64,000 nucleotides of DNA from positions 322,086 through 386,085 of the forward strand of contig CABMCJ010000004.1 of assembly GCA_902384585.1 (NCBI GenBank). The letters run 5' to 3'. This document shows positions 25,673 through 34,881 of this stretch, piece by piece. The notes beneath the pieces are model-generated. The model saw only the letters and a program-made list of their open reading frames with translations. It searched no databases and was not told the origin of the DNA. The position numbers were made by a program, and so were the translations under genes. Origin of the DNA: Candidatus Anstonella stagnisolia. GTDB lineage: Archaea > Micrarchaeota > Micrarchaeia > Anstonellales > Anstonellaceae. Numbering within the stretch: position 1 is the stretch's first letter; every line of letters begins with the position of its first letter.

Positions 25673-26005
25673 TTACTTCTTCTTGTTCATCAGGTCAAAG
25701 CCCAGTGCGCGCTTTATGAGCACGCCGAGGGACTCGGACTGTTCAAGCGGTCCGCTTGGGGAAGGCACTGTAACTACGACGGGCTTTGCGATTGCCTCTA
25801 TGCGCCTCTTCAGGCGCCAGTCCGCGTTTTCAAGGATGCTTTCCTCAAGTATTATGATGCCGTATTGGGTGTCTCCCAAAAGCTGCACGAGCTTTTCCTC
25901 TGCGTCTTTTCCCTCAAGGGTGAAGAAATCCTGCAAGCCAGCGAGCTTAAAGCCGCTCACCATTGCGGAGTTTCCGATTACGGCGATTTTTTCGTTTAAT
26001 TCCAT
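25673..26005 (-). CDS. atpF: A-type ATP synthase subunit F
   Basis: 110 aa. IAVIGNSAMVSGFKLAGL... is typical of subunit F. The position in the operon agrees. Confidence 0.9.
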   Translation of the reverse strand: MELNEKIAVIGNSAMVSGFKLAGLQDFFTLEGKDAEEKLVQLLGDTQYGIIILEESILENADWRLKRRIEAIAKPVVVTVPSPSGPLEQSESLGVLIKRALGFDLMNKKK

Positions 26006-26094
26006 TTCATCACGTTCAACTGCGATTTATGCACTACAAACGCCGATTACTGCACCGGTTTTTGCGTTTGTTGTTTTCGTTTTCATAATTTTTC

Positions 26095-27201
26095 TTATGC
26101 GAATACTAGCATTTGTGTAATCTGCTCATTGGAAAGCCCGAGGGCTTTTCCCCTTGAAATTTTGCGGATGTTGTTCATCTCTTCTTCCTTGAGGAAGAGG
26201 TATCCTGCGATTGCGCCTACGGACATCATGGAAAAGGAAAGCGCGTGAAGGCTTGTGGATGCGAGCTTGGACTCAAGCTCGGTTTCAAGCGAGGAAAGAG
26301 AGGCGTTCTTTTGGGAAAGCCCGAACTTTGTGCGCGCAGTTGAGATTGCGCTTGGAAGGTCTTTTTCGTTTGCAAGGGACTCAAAGAAACCCTTTTGCAA
26401 ATTGCCAAACGTTACGAGGTGGGAAAGGATTTGAGCGGTTGTCATGCCTGCGCCCTTGCAGCGCAAGGTCGTGAGCGTGTTCTTTGCATCAGCTTCTGAA
26501 AGTATTATGGAGCGCAGAAGCGCGCTGTCGCGGTCTGAGCCGGTTATTGCGGCCGTTGCAGCCGAGTAGTAATAGGAGTCAAGCATGTGGAAGAGAATTT
26601 CATAGGAATCGCTTGAGGTTGAGGATACGGAGGCTTTTGCCTTTGCAAAGGACTGCGTTGCAAAAAGTTTCTGCCCGATTTCGCAGAAGCGCAGGTAGTT
26701 GAGCACGCTGAGCGCGTCGGGAAGTTCCCACATTGTCTTGAGGTCTGTAAAGGACAGCGAGCCTGCGCCTATTGTGAAGTGCGCCATTTCCTCGCCTTTC
26801 TTTCCGATGCGCTTTGAGAGAAGGATTGTCTTTATGTTCAGGATGTCGTAGCGCTCCATGAACGCAAGAAGCGCAGGGCGGCTCTGAAGAGGCGCGATGC
26901 GAAGGAGCTTTTGCGCGTTTGAGGCGAAATTCTGCCCGAGTGAAAGCTCAATGAGTTCCTCGTTTTTGAAACGGAGCGAAAGCGCGAGTATGCTATCCTT
27001 GTATGGGGAGTGCGAAAGCATCTCTATTATGCCGCTTTGGGTTTTTGCGCCAAGCAAATCAAGCACCTGGGATTTCTTGAGGAGTTCGCCCTTCATTGCG
27101 CGCGTGCGCGCATTCGCATAGCCGTACACGAGAGGCTTGAAAGTGAGCACGCTGGCAAAGAGCGAAAGAGGGTTGTATGCTTTCTTGTTCTGTTTTGCCA
27201 T
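26095..27201 (-). CDS. atpC: A-type ATP synthase subunit C
   Basis: 368 aa helical protein between atpE and atpF. YGYANARTRAMKGELL is typical of subunit C (d). Confidence 0.88.
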   Translation of the reverse strand: MAKQNKKAYNPLSLFASVLTFKPLVYGYANARTRAMKGELLKKSQVLDLLGAKTQSGIIEMLSHSPYKDSILALSLRFKNEELIELSLGQNFASNAQKLLRIAPLQSRPALLAFMERYDILNIKTILLSKRIGKKGEEMAHFTIGAGSLSFTDLKTMWELPDALSVLNYLRFCEIGQKLFATQSFAKAKASVSSTSSDSYEILFHMLDSYYYSAATAAITGSDRDSALLRSIILSEADAKNTLTTLRCKGAGMTTAQILSHLVTFGNLQKGFFESLANEKDLPSAISTARTKFGLSQKNASLSSLETELESKLASTSLHALSFSMMSVGAIAGYLFLKEEEMNNIRKISRGKALGLSNEQITQMLVFA

Positions 27202-27257
27202 TTCTTCACCTTACATAATTTACTGGTGCGCAAATTTGCGATGGAGCTTAGTTTCCA

Positions 27258-27824
27258 CTAAAACAACATTGCAAAGATGCGCTTGCGCAAGTCATCCTTT
27301 TTCTCCTCGAAGATTGATTCAAAGGTCTTGTCCACGCGCACGCTGCCGTCTTTCTTTTCTGCGACAACGCCGCCTGCGCATGTGATGGGCTCGCCAAGCT
27401 TGTACTTGCTTCCCGCGAAATGCTTGCGGTCCGCGGAATTTGTGAAGAGGAGCACGTTTGTTGTGCCCAGCTCTTCAACTGCGGATTGCGCGAGCGTGTG
27501 CAGGAGTTTCTTGTACGAGGGGGAGTTGCGCTCTTTTAGCATCTCTTCCCATACGAGCTCAAGCGAGTTCAGCATTGCCTGCTCCTTTGAATCTGCGATT
27601 ATCTTTGAGCAGGCAAGCTTTGCCGAGGTGAGCCTCTCTGCCTTCTCTGTTTCAAGGTAGGAGGACACTTCGCCTTTTGCCTGCGAGACCTTCTGCTTTG
27701 AGGCGGCCTGCGCGTCGGAAATTATTTTCTCCGCTGCGTTGTCCGCTTCGTGCAAAACCCTTTTTGCCTCGTCGGATGCCTTTTTTTCTATTTCGTGCGA
27801 GAGTGCGTCAAATCCCATTTTCAC
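27258..27824 (-). CDS. atpE: A-type ATP synthase subunit E
   Basis: 188 aa with an N-terminal long charged helix and a C-terminal globular part. The position in the operon agrees. Confidence 0.85.
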   Translation of the reverse strand: MKMGFDALSHEIEKKASDEAKRVLHEADNAAEKIISDAQAASKQKVSQAKGEVSSYLETEKAERLTSAKLACSKIIADSKEQAMLNSLELVWEEMLKERNSPSYKKLLHTLAQSAVEELGTTNVLLFTNSADRKHFAGSKYKLGEPITCAGGVVAEKKDGSVRVDKTFESIFEEKKDDLRKRIFAMLF

Positions 27825-28060
27825 ACCTTTGCTTCCATTTTGCCAATCAGCAGGAAGCTTACCACGAAACCAAGCAGCAATATCAGCTCTGGCAACGCCA
27901 TGTACACGATGAGCTTGAATGCCTGCTCCGGCTTCTCTGCGAGCACACCCATAATGGACGAGCCGATTGATGCCTGTGCCCAGCCTGTGCCTATTGCGCC
28001 GCCTACGAGCGCTATTCCTGCTGCGAGCGCGTACGCGCCGTTTCCTTCAAACAACACCAT
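27821..28060 (-). CDS. atpK: A-type ATP synthase proteolipid subunit K (c)
   Basis: 79 aa two-helix hairpin, GGAIGTGWAQ...ALPELILLLGF, with the conserved acidic residue in helix 2. Confidence 0.88.
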   Translation of the reverse strand: MVLFEGNGAYALAAGIALVGGAIGTGWAQASIGSSIMGVLAEKPEQAFKLIVYMALPELILLLGFVVSFLLIGKMEAKV

Positions 28061-28069
28061 TTTCTCACC

Positions 28070-30007
28070 TCAAATTTCTTTCTCTTTCTCTTTGGGGTTT
28101 TCCCCTTGAGTGGGATATGTGAAAGTCCGCTTTACGGAAAACGGGGCGAAGCGGAAGCCGTCGCCCTTGTAGAATTTCCCGAAAAACTCGACCACGTTAA
28201 GCCTTGCGCCATGTATGAGCGCCTCGAACATTGAGAGCGCGCACATTGCAAAATGCAAAAGCATGAAGAAACCGAGCGAAAATGCAAATATGAGTATTCC
28301 TCCAACGTTTGAGAAATCCGCATGCGGCAATGCAAGCTCGTTTATCACTTCCGCAAGTATGAGGCCCCCTACGCCAACTGCGGCAATTCGAAGGTAGGAC
28401 ATTATGTTGGATGCAATGCTTGGGACTTCGAACAGGAGGATGGGGCCCTCGAAAACCGCGATGCCGAGCATGCAAAGGAGCAGCAGTGCCGCGCCTGCAG
28501 GGCCTGCAAGGGCGCCAAATGCGCCGAACATGAAGCCTGCGACAGCGAAAATCCCGCCTATTTCCGCGCCAAGCCAGCAGAGCTTTGCATATGCGTGCTT
28601 TTTGTTGTGCCCAAGCTCCGTGAGGAAGCCGAGGAAAAAGCCAAGCCCGATGTGGATTGCGCCTATTATGATGGTTATCAGCAGGAGCAGCTGGATGTCG
28701 TGTATGCGGCTAAGAATGGGTGTGTAGAGCGGCCCCTGCGCAGTCCCGGTGAGCAACTCAAGGAGATGCTTGTGCGTGAAGCCCATGTACTCGTCAAATG
28801 CAATGCCGAATATGAGCGCGAAAAATGAGGAGAAAAGCCATATGCGCGAAACCTCGTAAAGGAGGTTGCCCTTTGAGGACATGCGCATCAGGAGAAGCGA
28901 GAAGATAATGGAGATTAGCGCATAGCCTGCATCCGCGACAATAAGGCCGTAGAGGATAGGGATTGTGAAGAACGTGATGAGCGTGGGGTCAAACTCGTGC
29001 GCGTTGGGCGTGGAAAGGAACTCGGTTAGGAACTGGAAGGGCGCTGCGATTTTCGGGTTGGAAAGGAGCGTCGGGGGCATCTCGTGGTCGTGCAGGGGCT
29101 GCACGAAAACTTTCTTTGAGAACTTATGCGAAATTTCCTCTTTGAGCGCGATGAATTTTTGTGCAGGGCACCAGCCCTCAAGGAAAAAGAGCTCGTTTGT
29201 GTTTGCGAAATCCATTGCCACCTTGCAGCGCTCTGCCTCTATTGAGAGCGCCTCTTCGAGGATTGTGCAAATTGGGTAGTATTTTGAGGAGAGCTCAAAG
29301 AGCCTGCCGTCCAGCGACGCAAGCTCGCCCTTAAGGGTGGAGAGCTCGAAAGAAAGGCGGTGATAAGCCTGCAGCGGCGTGCCCTCGAACTTGGGGATGT
29401 TGAGGATGCGCGCAAATGAAACATGCGATGGGAGGGACTCGTTTGTTGTTGCGACAAGCACAAGGGAGGGGGCTTGCTTTTTGCCCTCTTTTTGCTGCGC
29501 GATTGTGTAGGAATATTTTTGCGCGTGCGAGTGCAGCGAGCGGTAGAAGTGCGCTGACTCCTTTTCCTCCACCTCGAAGAAAAAGAAATGCAGGTTTGGG
29601 TCTGAGAGCCTTGAAACGTCTATTGGGACGGAAGTTATTTTGGAAAGCGAAAGGAGGTCGGACTCAAGGGAGGATATTTTTTTGCGAAGCTGCTCTTTTT
29701 TTGAGGAGATTTCAAGAAGCTCCGCGTCTATTGAGATTTCGGATGCGAGCTTGAGAGGGTTGTTTATTTCATAGGGGGGAATCTGGGAATCGTCCTGCGC
29801 CGGAAGGGAATTCTTTATGCTGCGCATGCGCACAAGCTGGGTGGAAACTTCATCGTAATTCGGAAGGGGGGAACCTTTTTGCAATTCTTCGGAAGACACG
29901 TGCTTTATGTGCAGCACGCCAGCTTCGTGCAGCAAGGAAATTAGAGAGGGGCATTCGTCCTTGAGCCCCATTATGCGCAGTTTCTGCATTTTCACTGGCT
30001 TGAACAT
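28070..30007 (-). CDS. atpI: A-type ATP synthase subunit I (a)
   Basis: Start set at MFKPVKMQKLRIMG (track ORF 28070..30052). Soluble N-terminal half plus a multi-TM C-terminal half with LRIAAVGVGG. Confidence 0.9.
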   Translation of the reverse strand: MFKPVKMQKLRIMGLKDECPSLISLLHEAGVLHIKHVSSEELQKGSPLPNYDEVSTQLVRMRSIKNSLPAQDDSQIPPYEINNPLKLASEISIDAELLEISSKKEQLRKKISSLESDLLSLSKITSVPIDVSRLSDPNLHFFFFEVEEKESAHFYRSLHSHAQKYSYTIAQQKEGKKQAPSLVLVATTNESLPSHVSFARILNIPKFEGTPLQAYHRLSFELSTLKGELASLDGRLFELSSKYYPICTILEEALSIEAERCKVAMDFANTNELFFLEGWCPAQKFIALKEEISHKFSKKVFVQPLHDHEMPPTLLSNPKIAAPFQFLTEFLSTPNAHEFDPTLITFFTIPILYGLIVADAGYALISIIFSLLLMRMSSKGNLLYEVSRIWLFSSFFALIFGIAFDEYMGFTHKHLLELLTGTAQGPLYTPILSRIHDIQLLLLITIIIGAIHIGLGFFLGFLTELGHNKKHAYAKLCWLGAEIGGIFAVAGFMFGAFGALAGPAGAALLLLCMLGIAVFEGPILLFEVPSIASNIMSYLRIAAVGVGGLILAEVINELALPHADFSNVGGILIFAFSLGFFMLLHFAMCALSMFEALIHGARLNVVEFFGKFYKGDGFRFAPFSVKRTFTYPTQGENPKEKEKEI

Positions 30008-30032
30008 TTGGAACCTCGTAAGTATAAGGTAA

Positions 30033-30374
30033 TTAGAACACGCCCTCTGCAAGCGTTTGCGCAGAGTGCTTGTCTATTGAGCGCGAGCTTATTTTCTTGC
30101 CTTCAGCTTCTGCCTTTGCAAGCATTGAGGAAATCTGCTTGTCAACGTCCTTCCTGCCTTTTGAGATTGCGGCGTTCTTTGCATCAACTGCGGAGTCGGA
30201 CGCCTTGCTTTGGATATTCACTGCTTTTTCCTTTGCATCCTTGAGGATTTTTTCCGCGCCTGCTTTTGCGTCCTCTATTGCCTTCGCTGCCCTGCCTTCC
30301 GCTGCCTTGAGCGCAGTAATTTGTGAGATGAATTCGTGCGAGCTTTTTGCATCTTCATGCGTGTTTTCTTCCAT
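30033..30374 (-). CDS. atpH: A-type ATP synthase subunit H
   Basis: 113 aa Ala/Lys/Glu-rich helical protein, the first gene of the operon. Assigned mainly by position. Confidence 0.7.
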   Translation of the reverse strand: MEENTHEDAKSSHEFISQITALKAAEGRAAKAIEDAKAGAEKILKDAKEKAVNIQSKASDSAVDAKNAAISKGRKDVDKQISSMLAKAEAEGKKISSRSIDKHSAQTLAEGVF

Positions 30375-30391
30375 CGGATAACCTCGCTTTT

Positions 30392-30429
30392 GCCAGTCTG
30401 CACTGGTTTTTTTACGCCAGTCTGCACTG
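30392..30429 (-). promoter_or_regulatory. two exact copies of a 14-nt motif in the atp operon leader
   Basis: GCCAGTCTGCACTG at 30392..30405 and 30416..30429 (CAGTGCAGACTGGC on the coding strand), 18 and 42 nt upstream of the atpH ATG. Each copy contains a small palindrome CAGT-N4-ACTG. Confidence 0.4.
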
Positions 30430-30500
30430 AGCCCTTAACCTCAAAAAGTAGTTGTAATTGGGCGAAAAAGAATTTAAATGTATGCGAATCTTCGGGAAGA

Positions 30501-31289
30501 TTAGCGCATGCGCCCCTCGTGCAAAACTTCGGAGGGAGTGTGCTTGGGCTTTTCGTGCGTGCGCGGAACGTGGAAGCCAATAAGGCTTGCGCCCTTCCTG
30601 AAGTCGGCGGGAATTTTTGATGATGGCGAGAATTCGTAAAGGATCTGGATTAATCGGTTGCACACCATGCCTATTGAACCAAGGGCGTAGAGAAGAATGT
30701 GCGTGTGGTGCTCTGTTTCAGGGGAATGCAAGGCGCTGGAAAAACTTTTGCTAAACTCGGCTTGCAAAAGGCCGATATTCCTGCGCATTGCATGAAGGAA
30801 ACCCAGGGAAGCGCGGATGTTTGTTGTGCGCAAGAGGGATTTCAATTCTTCATCTATATCGGGGCGCCCCAGATTTTTCTGGATAGCGAGCGTATCTGAT
30901 GGTGGCGCGCTGCCGTTTTTTATCGGGATTGAGAATGCTGCTTTTATTTTTTCTAAGTCGTGGAGATTGCGCATTCGCCTGCTTGCTGGCAGGCGGCGGT
31001 TTGTCTTGTTTATTATGTGCCTCGACATGTGGATGCACAGTATTGAATGCTGTTTGCGGGTGTTTGCCAGATGAGTGGCGCTATCCTGGCCGAAGAGCGC
31101 GCGCAAATTTGGATCCGGGCTTGTTTTGGTGGATGTGGGGATGGTTGTTATGCTGCAATCATATAGGTCTTCGAGCCTTTCCGGCCTGGCGGGAAATAGA
31201 TATTGGAGCCTTTGGGCAAAAGACATGCCTTTTGTGAGAACTGAGTGGGTAACTTCCGGGCAGGTTAATGTTTTGCGTCGCTGATGCAT
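30501..31289 (-). CDS. hypothetical protein
   Basis: The only long ORF (262 aa) in this interval. No motif recognised. Divergent from the HerA-like gene. Confidence 0.4.
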   Translation of the reverse strand: MHQRRKTLTCPEVTHSVLTKGMSFAQRLQYLFPARPERLEDLYDCSITTIPTSTKTSPDPNLRALFGQDSATHLANTRKQHSILCIHMSRHIINKTNRRLPASRRMRNLHDLEKIKAAFSIPIKNGSAPPSDTLAIQKNLGRPDIDEELKSLLRTTNIRASLGFLHAMRRNIGLLQAEFSKSFSSALHSPETEHHTHILLYALGSIGMVCNRLIQILYEFSPSSKIPADFRKGASLIGFHVPRTHEKPKHTPSEVLHEGRMR

Positions 31290-31385
31290 TCTGAGATTGT
31301 GGTATTAGGGATATTTATAGTTTTGCATGTTTGAGTGCGATGCAGCAGGGGGAACATTTAATAGATTTGCAAACGAAGTGGGCGC

Positions 31386-32903
31386 ATGGGAAGCGCGCTT
31401 GAGGAAATGGGCACGGTCATTTCGACTTTTGAGGGGCCAACTACGGTAGTTTTCTCTTTTGTAGTCGGAAGCAAGAACGTGCGCAAGGGGCAGTTCGTGC
31501 AGGTGGAAGCCGAAGACGGGCTTGTGCTGGGTTCCGTGAGCGAAATCACTAGGGCGAACCGGTATTTTGAGAGCGCGGAGAGCGTTGCGGAATACGAGAG
31601 GAGTTCCCCAATGAGCACGAACTTTCCTACAACTGACTGGGAATACATTATTGCGAACGTGCGCGTGCACGGGATGTTCAAGGGGGGCTTAATGATAAGG
31701 AGCACTTTCCCTGTTGCGCCTGGGATAAAGGTGCACTCTGCGGACGAGGAGCTTTTGAAGAAATTCCTGCATTTTGAGGAGAATGGATTGTTCCTTGGAA
31801 CGCTTGCGAACCACAAGCTTGAGGCAAAGGTGAATTTGAACAAATTGCTGCAAAAGCACCTGGCAATACTTGCGATGTCGGGAAGCGGAAAGTCCTACCT
31901 TGCGAGCGTGCTTATTGAGGAGCTCATGGAACGAAAAGCTGAGAAGGGAAGGATGGGCATTGTGATAATTGACTCGCACGGGGAGTACGCGGGATTCCGC
32001 AGTTCGCAGTACGGGAAAAGCGTGAGCATAGTTGATGGGAAGAAAATACGCATACCGCTTAGGAAAATTGCGCCTGCGCTCCTTTTCACATGGATGCCGG
32101 ATGCGAGCAGCCAGCAAAAAAGGGAGCTTGAGAAAATAATGCTGGAGCTGAAAAAAGACGGGGAGCAGACGCACAATTCTTATGGGCTATCAGAACTTGT
32201 GGAAAAAATAAATGCAAGCGAGAACCTTGACAAGAAGAGCAAGCCCGCACTTCTTGGGTGGGTTGGGGAAATACGCTCACTTAAGCTCGTTGGGAAAGAG
32301 GAGTACCCGAAAATAGGGGAGCTTGTGAAGCCGGGGTGCGCGTCCGTTGTGGACCTGAGCGGGATTGACGGGGAGAAAAAGAAGCAGGTAATTGTTTCGT
32401 ACGTTGCAAAGAAGCTCTTTTCCATGCGCAAGAAAGAGAAAATTGCGCCCTTTGTGCTCATGCTGGAAGAGGCGCACAACTATGCGCCTGAGAAAATGAC
32501 AAGGAAGGTTGCGCTTGCAAAGGGAGCGATTGAGACGATTGCAAGGGAAGGGAGGAAATTCGGGGCGTCGCTTTGCCTTATATCGCAGCGCCCCGTGCAT
32601 CTTTCTGTGACTGCGCTTTCGCAGTGCAACACGAACATCATATTGAGGGTAACAAACCCCAACGACATAAAGAGGATTGGGGAGAGCTGCGAGGGAATTG
32701 ATGATGCAATGCTTTCCTCCATCACTACATTGAGGGTTGGGGAGGCGCTCCTTGTGGGGGAAGCGACGGGCTCGCCTGTATTTATAAAAGTAAGGCAGAA
32801 AAAATCTTCATGGATTCCAAAGGGGCAGGACTTGGAAGAGATTGCACGGAAATTTGAAGAAGCAATCGTGAAGAAAAAAACGGAAGTGGAAGCGTTCCTG
32901 TAA
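31386..32903 (+). CDS. HerA-like (DUF87/FtsK-HerA superfamily) ATPase
   Basis: N-terminal barrel-like region, Walker A AMSGSGKSY and Walker B VLMLEEAH. 505 aa, typical of archaeal HerA. Confidence 0.82.
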   Translation: MGSALEEMGTVISTFEGPTTVVFSFVVGSKNVRKGQFVQVEAEDGLVLGSVSEITRANRYFESAESVAEYERSSPMSTNFPTTDWEYIIANVRVHGMFKGGLMIRSTFPVAPGIKVHSADEELLKKFLHFEENGLFLGTLANHKLEAKVNLNKLLQKHLAILAMSGSGKSYLASVLIEELMERKAEKGRMGIVIIDSHGEYAGFRSSQYGKSVSIVDGKKIRIPLRKIAPALLFTWMPDASSQQKRELEKIMLELKKDGEQTHNSYGLSELVEKINASENLDKKSKPALLGWVGEIRSLKLVGKEEYPKIGELVKPGCASVVDLSGIDGEKKKQVIVSYVAKKLFSMRKKEKIAPFVLMLEEAHNYAPEKMTRKVALAKGAIETIAREGRKFGASLCLISQRPVHLSVTALSQCNTNIILRVTNPNDIKRIGESCEGIDDAMLSSITTLRVGEALLVGEATGSPVFIKVRQKKSSWIPKGQDLEEIARKFEEAIVKKKTEVEAFL

Positions 32904-33033
32904 GAAAAAATTGCGTGGGAAGCAGGGAAACGAGACGGGAAGCGTTCCTGAAGAAAGTGCGGAAAGTTGAGGCGTTCCTGTGAAAAGCGCGGGAGCGGGA
33001 AGCAAGAAAACAAGTTTGGAGGCGTTCCTGTGA
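32888..33033 (+). repeat. four copies of the herA-tail / downstream-gene start junction motif (G[GA][AG]GCGTTCCTG + TAA/AAG/TGA/TGA)
   Basis: GCGTTCCTG at 32892, 32942, 32972 and 33022 (spacing 50, 30, 50). The two 50-nt units also align over their 3' 35 nt (27/35 by hand). Confidence 0.85.
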
Positions 33034-33938
33034 GTGATGATAAAAGCGAAGCGCGCACGGACGAGTTCGGGAATTGCGCAGTTATCACGCCGCACCGCGG
33101 GAAACGCCCTGAGGACTTTGCAACTGAGAGGCGCATGAAAACAACGCTTCCTTCAAAATGCTATTTTTGCCCGGGAAACGAGAAACTTACGCCACCTGAG
33201 ATAGACAGGACAGAGAAGAATGGGAAATGGGAAGTGCGCTGCTTTCCAAACAAGTTTGCGGCATTTAGGAAGGATTGCCCGAAAGCGTACGGAAGGCACG
33301 AGATAATTGTGGAAACGCCCAACCATTACAAGACGATTTCGGAGCTTGATGGGGAAAATATTTTGCACTACTTGCAGATGGTTGGAAAAAGGGTGAAGAG
33401 CGCATATTCGGACAAGAGGATAAAATACGTGCAGGTGTTCAAGAACGAGGGGCACGAGGGCGGGGCGTCCTTGGAGCACACGCACACGCAGCTTGTGGGG
33501 ATGCCTTTTGTGCCTGAGGATTTTGAGGCAAAAAGGAAATACGCGAGCGGGGAAAAATGCGCGCTTTGCAAGGTGAAGAGGAATGTGTTTGCGCAGAATT
33601 CGGAATTTATTGCATTTGTGCCGCATGCTGCACGGTTCCACTTTGAATTCTGGATTGCGCCTAAGAAGCACTCCATGAAAAGGCTTGGGGAAGGGCAGAT
33701 GAAGGAGCTTGCGGACATATTGAAAGTTTCCCTTTCAAAGCTTGACAAGCTCGTGAATTATCCGCCGTACAACATACTTTTCTTTGCGGCCCCTCCAAAT
33801 GAAAAGGACTTCCACTTCCATTTGTGCATTACGCCGCGGCTTGCAAAATGGGCGGGATTTGAGCATGCAACAGGTTGGGTAATGAACTCCGTTGTGCCGG
33901 AAGAGGCTGCAAAAGCGCTTAAGAATACGAAAATTTAG
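33030..33938 (+). CDS. galactose-1-phosphate uridylyltransferase-like (GalT branch of the HIT superfamily) nucleotidyltransferase
   Basis: CYFCPGNE Zn site and the HxHxQ active site (LEHTHTQL). Start proposed at GTG 33030, with GGAGG 7 nt upstream. The track ORF begins at TTG 32967. Confidence 0.78.
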   Translation: MSDDKSEARTDEFGNCAVITPHRGKRPEDFATERRMKTTLPSKCYFCPGNEKLTPPEIDRTEKNGKWEVRCFPNKFAAFRKDCPKAYGRHEIIVETPNHYKTISELDGENILHYLQMVGKRVKSAYSDKRIKYVQVFKNEGHEGGASLEHTHTQLVGMPFVPEDFEAKRKYASGEKCALCKVKRNVFAQNSEFIAFVPHAARFHFEFWIAPKKHSMKRLGEGQMKELADILKVSLSKLDKLVNYPPYNILFFAAPPNEKDFHFHLCITPRLAKWAGFEHATGWVMNSVVPEEAAKALKNTKI

Positions 33939-33975
33939 CATACTGGTTTTTTAAGGTGTAATGAGATAGTATATT

Positions 33976-34803
33976 ATGGGAACATTAGCAGCGCAACCAT
34001 GCGCGCCAAATTTTGCGGTTTTCAATGATGCCGCTTACCGCAAAATAATAGGCAGCCCTTCGGCAAGCAGGGAATATTTTGAAAGGTTCCACAAGCCGCT
34101 CCTTGAGGAGTTGCAGGGAGGGTGCTGCAAAAACGGCATGTGCACTGGAACTACGGGGAAAAAGGTTCTGCTTGATATCGCGTGCGGGCACGGGCATGAG
34201 CTGGAGTTTCTCAAAGATGGAAACAGGATAAAAATAATCGGGCTTGAACTGTCAAGGGATGTCCTGCTGGAATACACTAGAAAAAGTTTTCCTGATGCTT
34301 TTTTTGTTGCGGCGGACGTGCGGGCAAGCCCGCTTAAGCACGAATTTGCGGATGCTGCGATTGCGGCCAATGCGGTAATTTATGAGCAGTGGGAAATGTT
34401 GCAGGTGATTTTCAATTCGCTAAAAGAGGGAGCAAAGGCAGTTGTGAATTTTACGCTGCTGCGCGCAGAAGAGGAGCTTGGGAAAGGGTTGCTTGATACC
34501 GGCGCGGTAAGCACAGTTAAAGTGAATGCAAATGGCAGGGAATTTCGGCTTAGGGCGCTTGATTTTTCCCACGGGCATGCGGATGAGGGCAGGCTTGAGG
34601 GTTTTGTAAGGGCAAAAATTTTGGGGCCGAGCCTGAAAAGCGTGGGGACGCAGGTGCACTTTAGGAGCATAGAAGACGTGGAAGGGTTTGTGCAGCATGC
34701 AGGGTTTTTGATAGTGGGGCATGAAACTTTCCAGTATGCTAATGAGAGCGGAGTTAAGGAAACGGAAGTCTATACGCTGCAAAAGCCGCGCGCGCCGAGA
34801 TAG
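33976..34803 (+). CDS. class I SAM-dependent methyltransferase
   Basis: Motif I VLLDIACGHGHE followed by an acidic loop (GLELS) and motif ADVRASPL. 275 aa. Confidence 0.8.
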   Translation: MGTLAAQPCAPNFAVFNDAAYRKIIGSPSASREYFERFHKPLLEELQGGCCKNGMCTGTTGKKVLLDIACGHGHELEFLKDGNRIKIIGLELSRDVLLEYTRKSFPDAFFVAADVRASPLKHEFADAAIAANAVIYEQWEMLQVIFNSLKEGAKAVVNFTLLRAEEELGKGLLDTGAVSTVKVNANGREFRLRALDFSHGHADEGRLEGFVRAKILGPSLKSVGTQVHFRSIEDVEGFVQHAGFLIVGHETFQYANESGVKETEVYTLQKPRAPR

Positions 34804-34881
34804 CCTTGATTTTATCCGAAAGGGCAATAATTTTGTGACAAACCATTAAAAGAGCAAATCCCATATATAGGCGGGAGGCAT

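Noticed and set aside
27751-27775. A 12-nt match (AACCCTTTTTGC) between the atpE coding region and the tRNA-Gln intron core, considered as a possible third copy of the element.
   Set aside because: The match does not extend, the hairpin partner is absent, and the sequence is ordinary atpE coding sequence.
32888-33033. Possible mini-CRISPR array (four repeats with 30 to 50-nt spacing).
   Set aside because: The conserved core is only 9 to 13 nt, the flanks are degenerate, the intervening units are homologous to each other, and no cas genes are present.
33034-33112. Box C/D sRNA (GTGATGA at 33034..33040 and CTGA at 33109..33112).
   Set aside because: There are no internal C'/D' boxes and no terminal pairing. 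The segment lies inside the conserved N-terminal coding region of the GalT-like gene.
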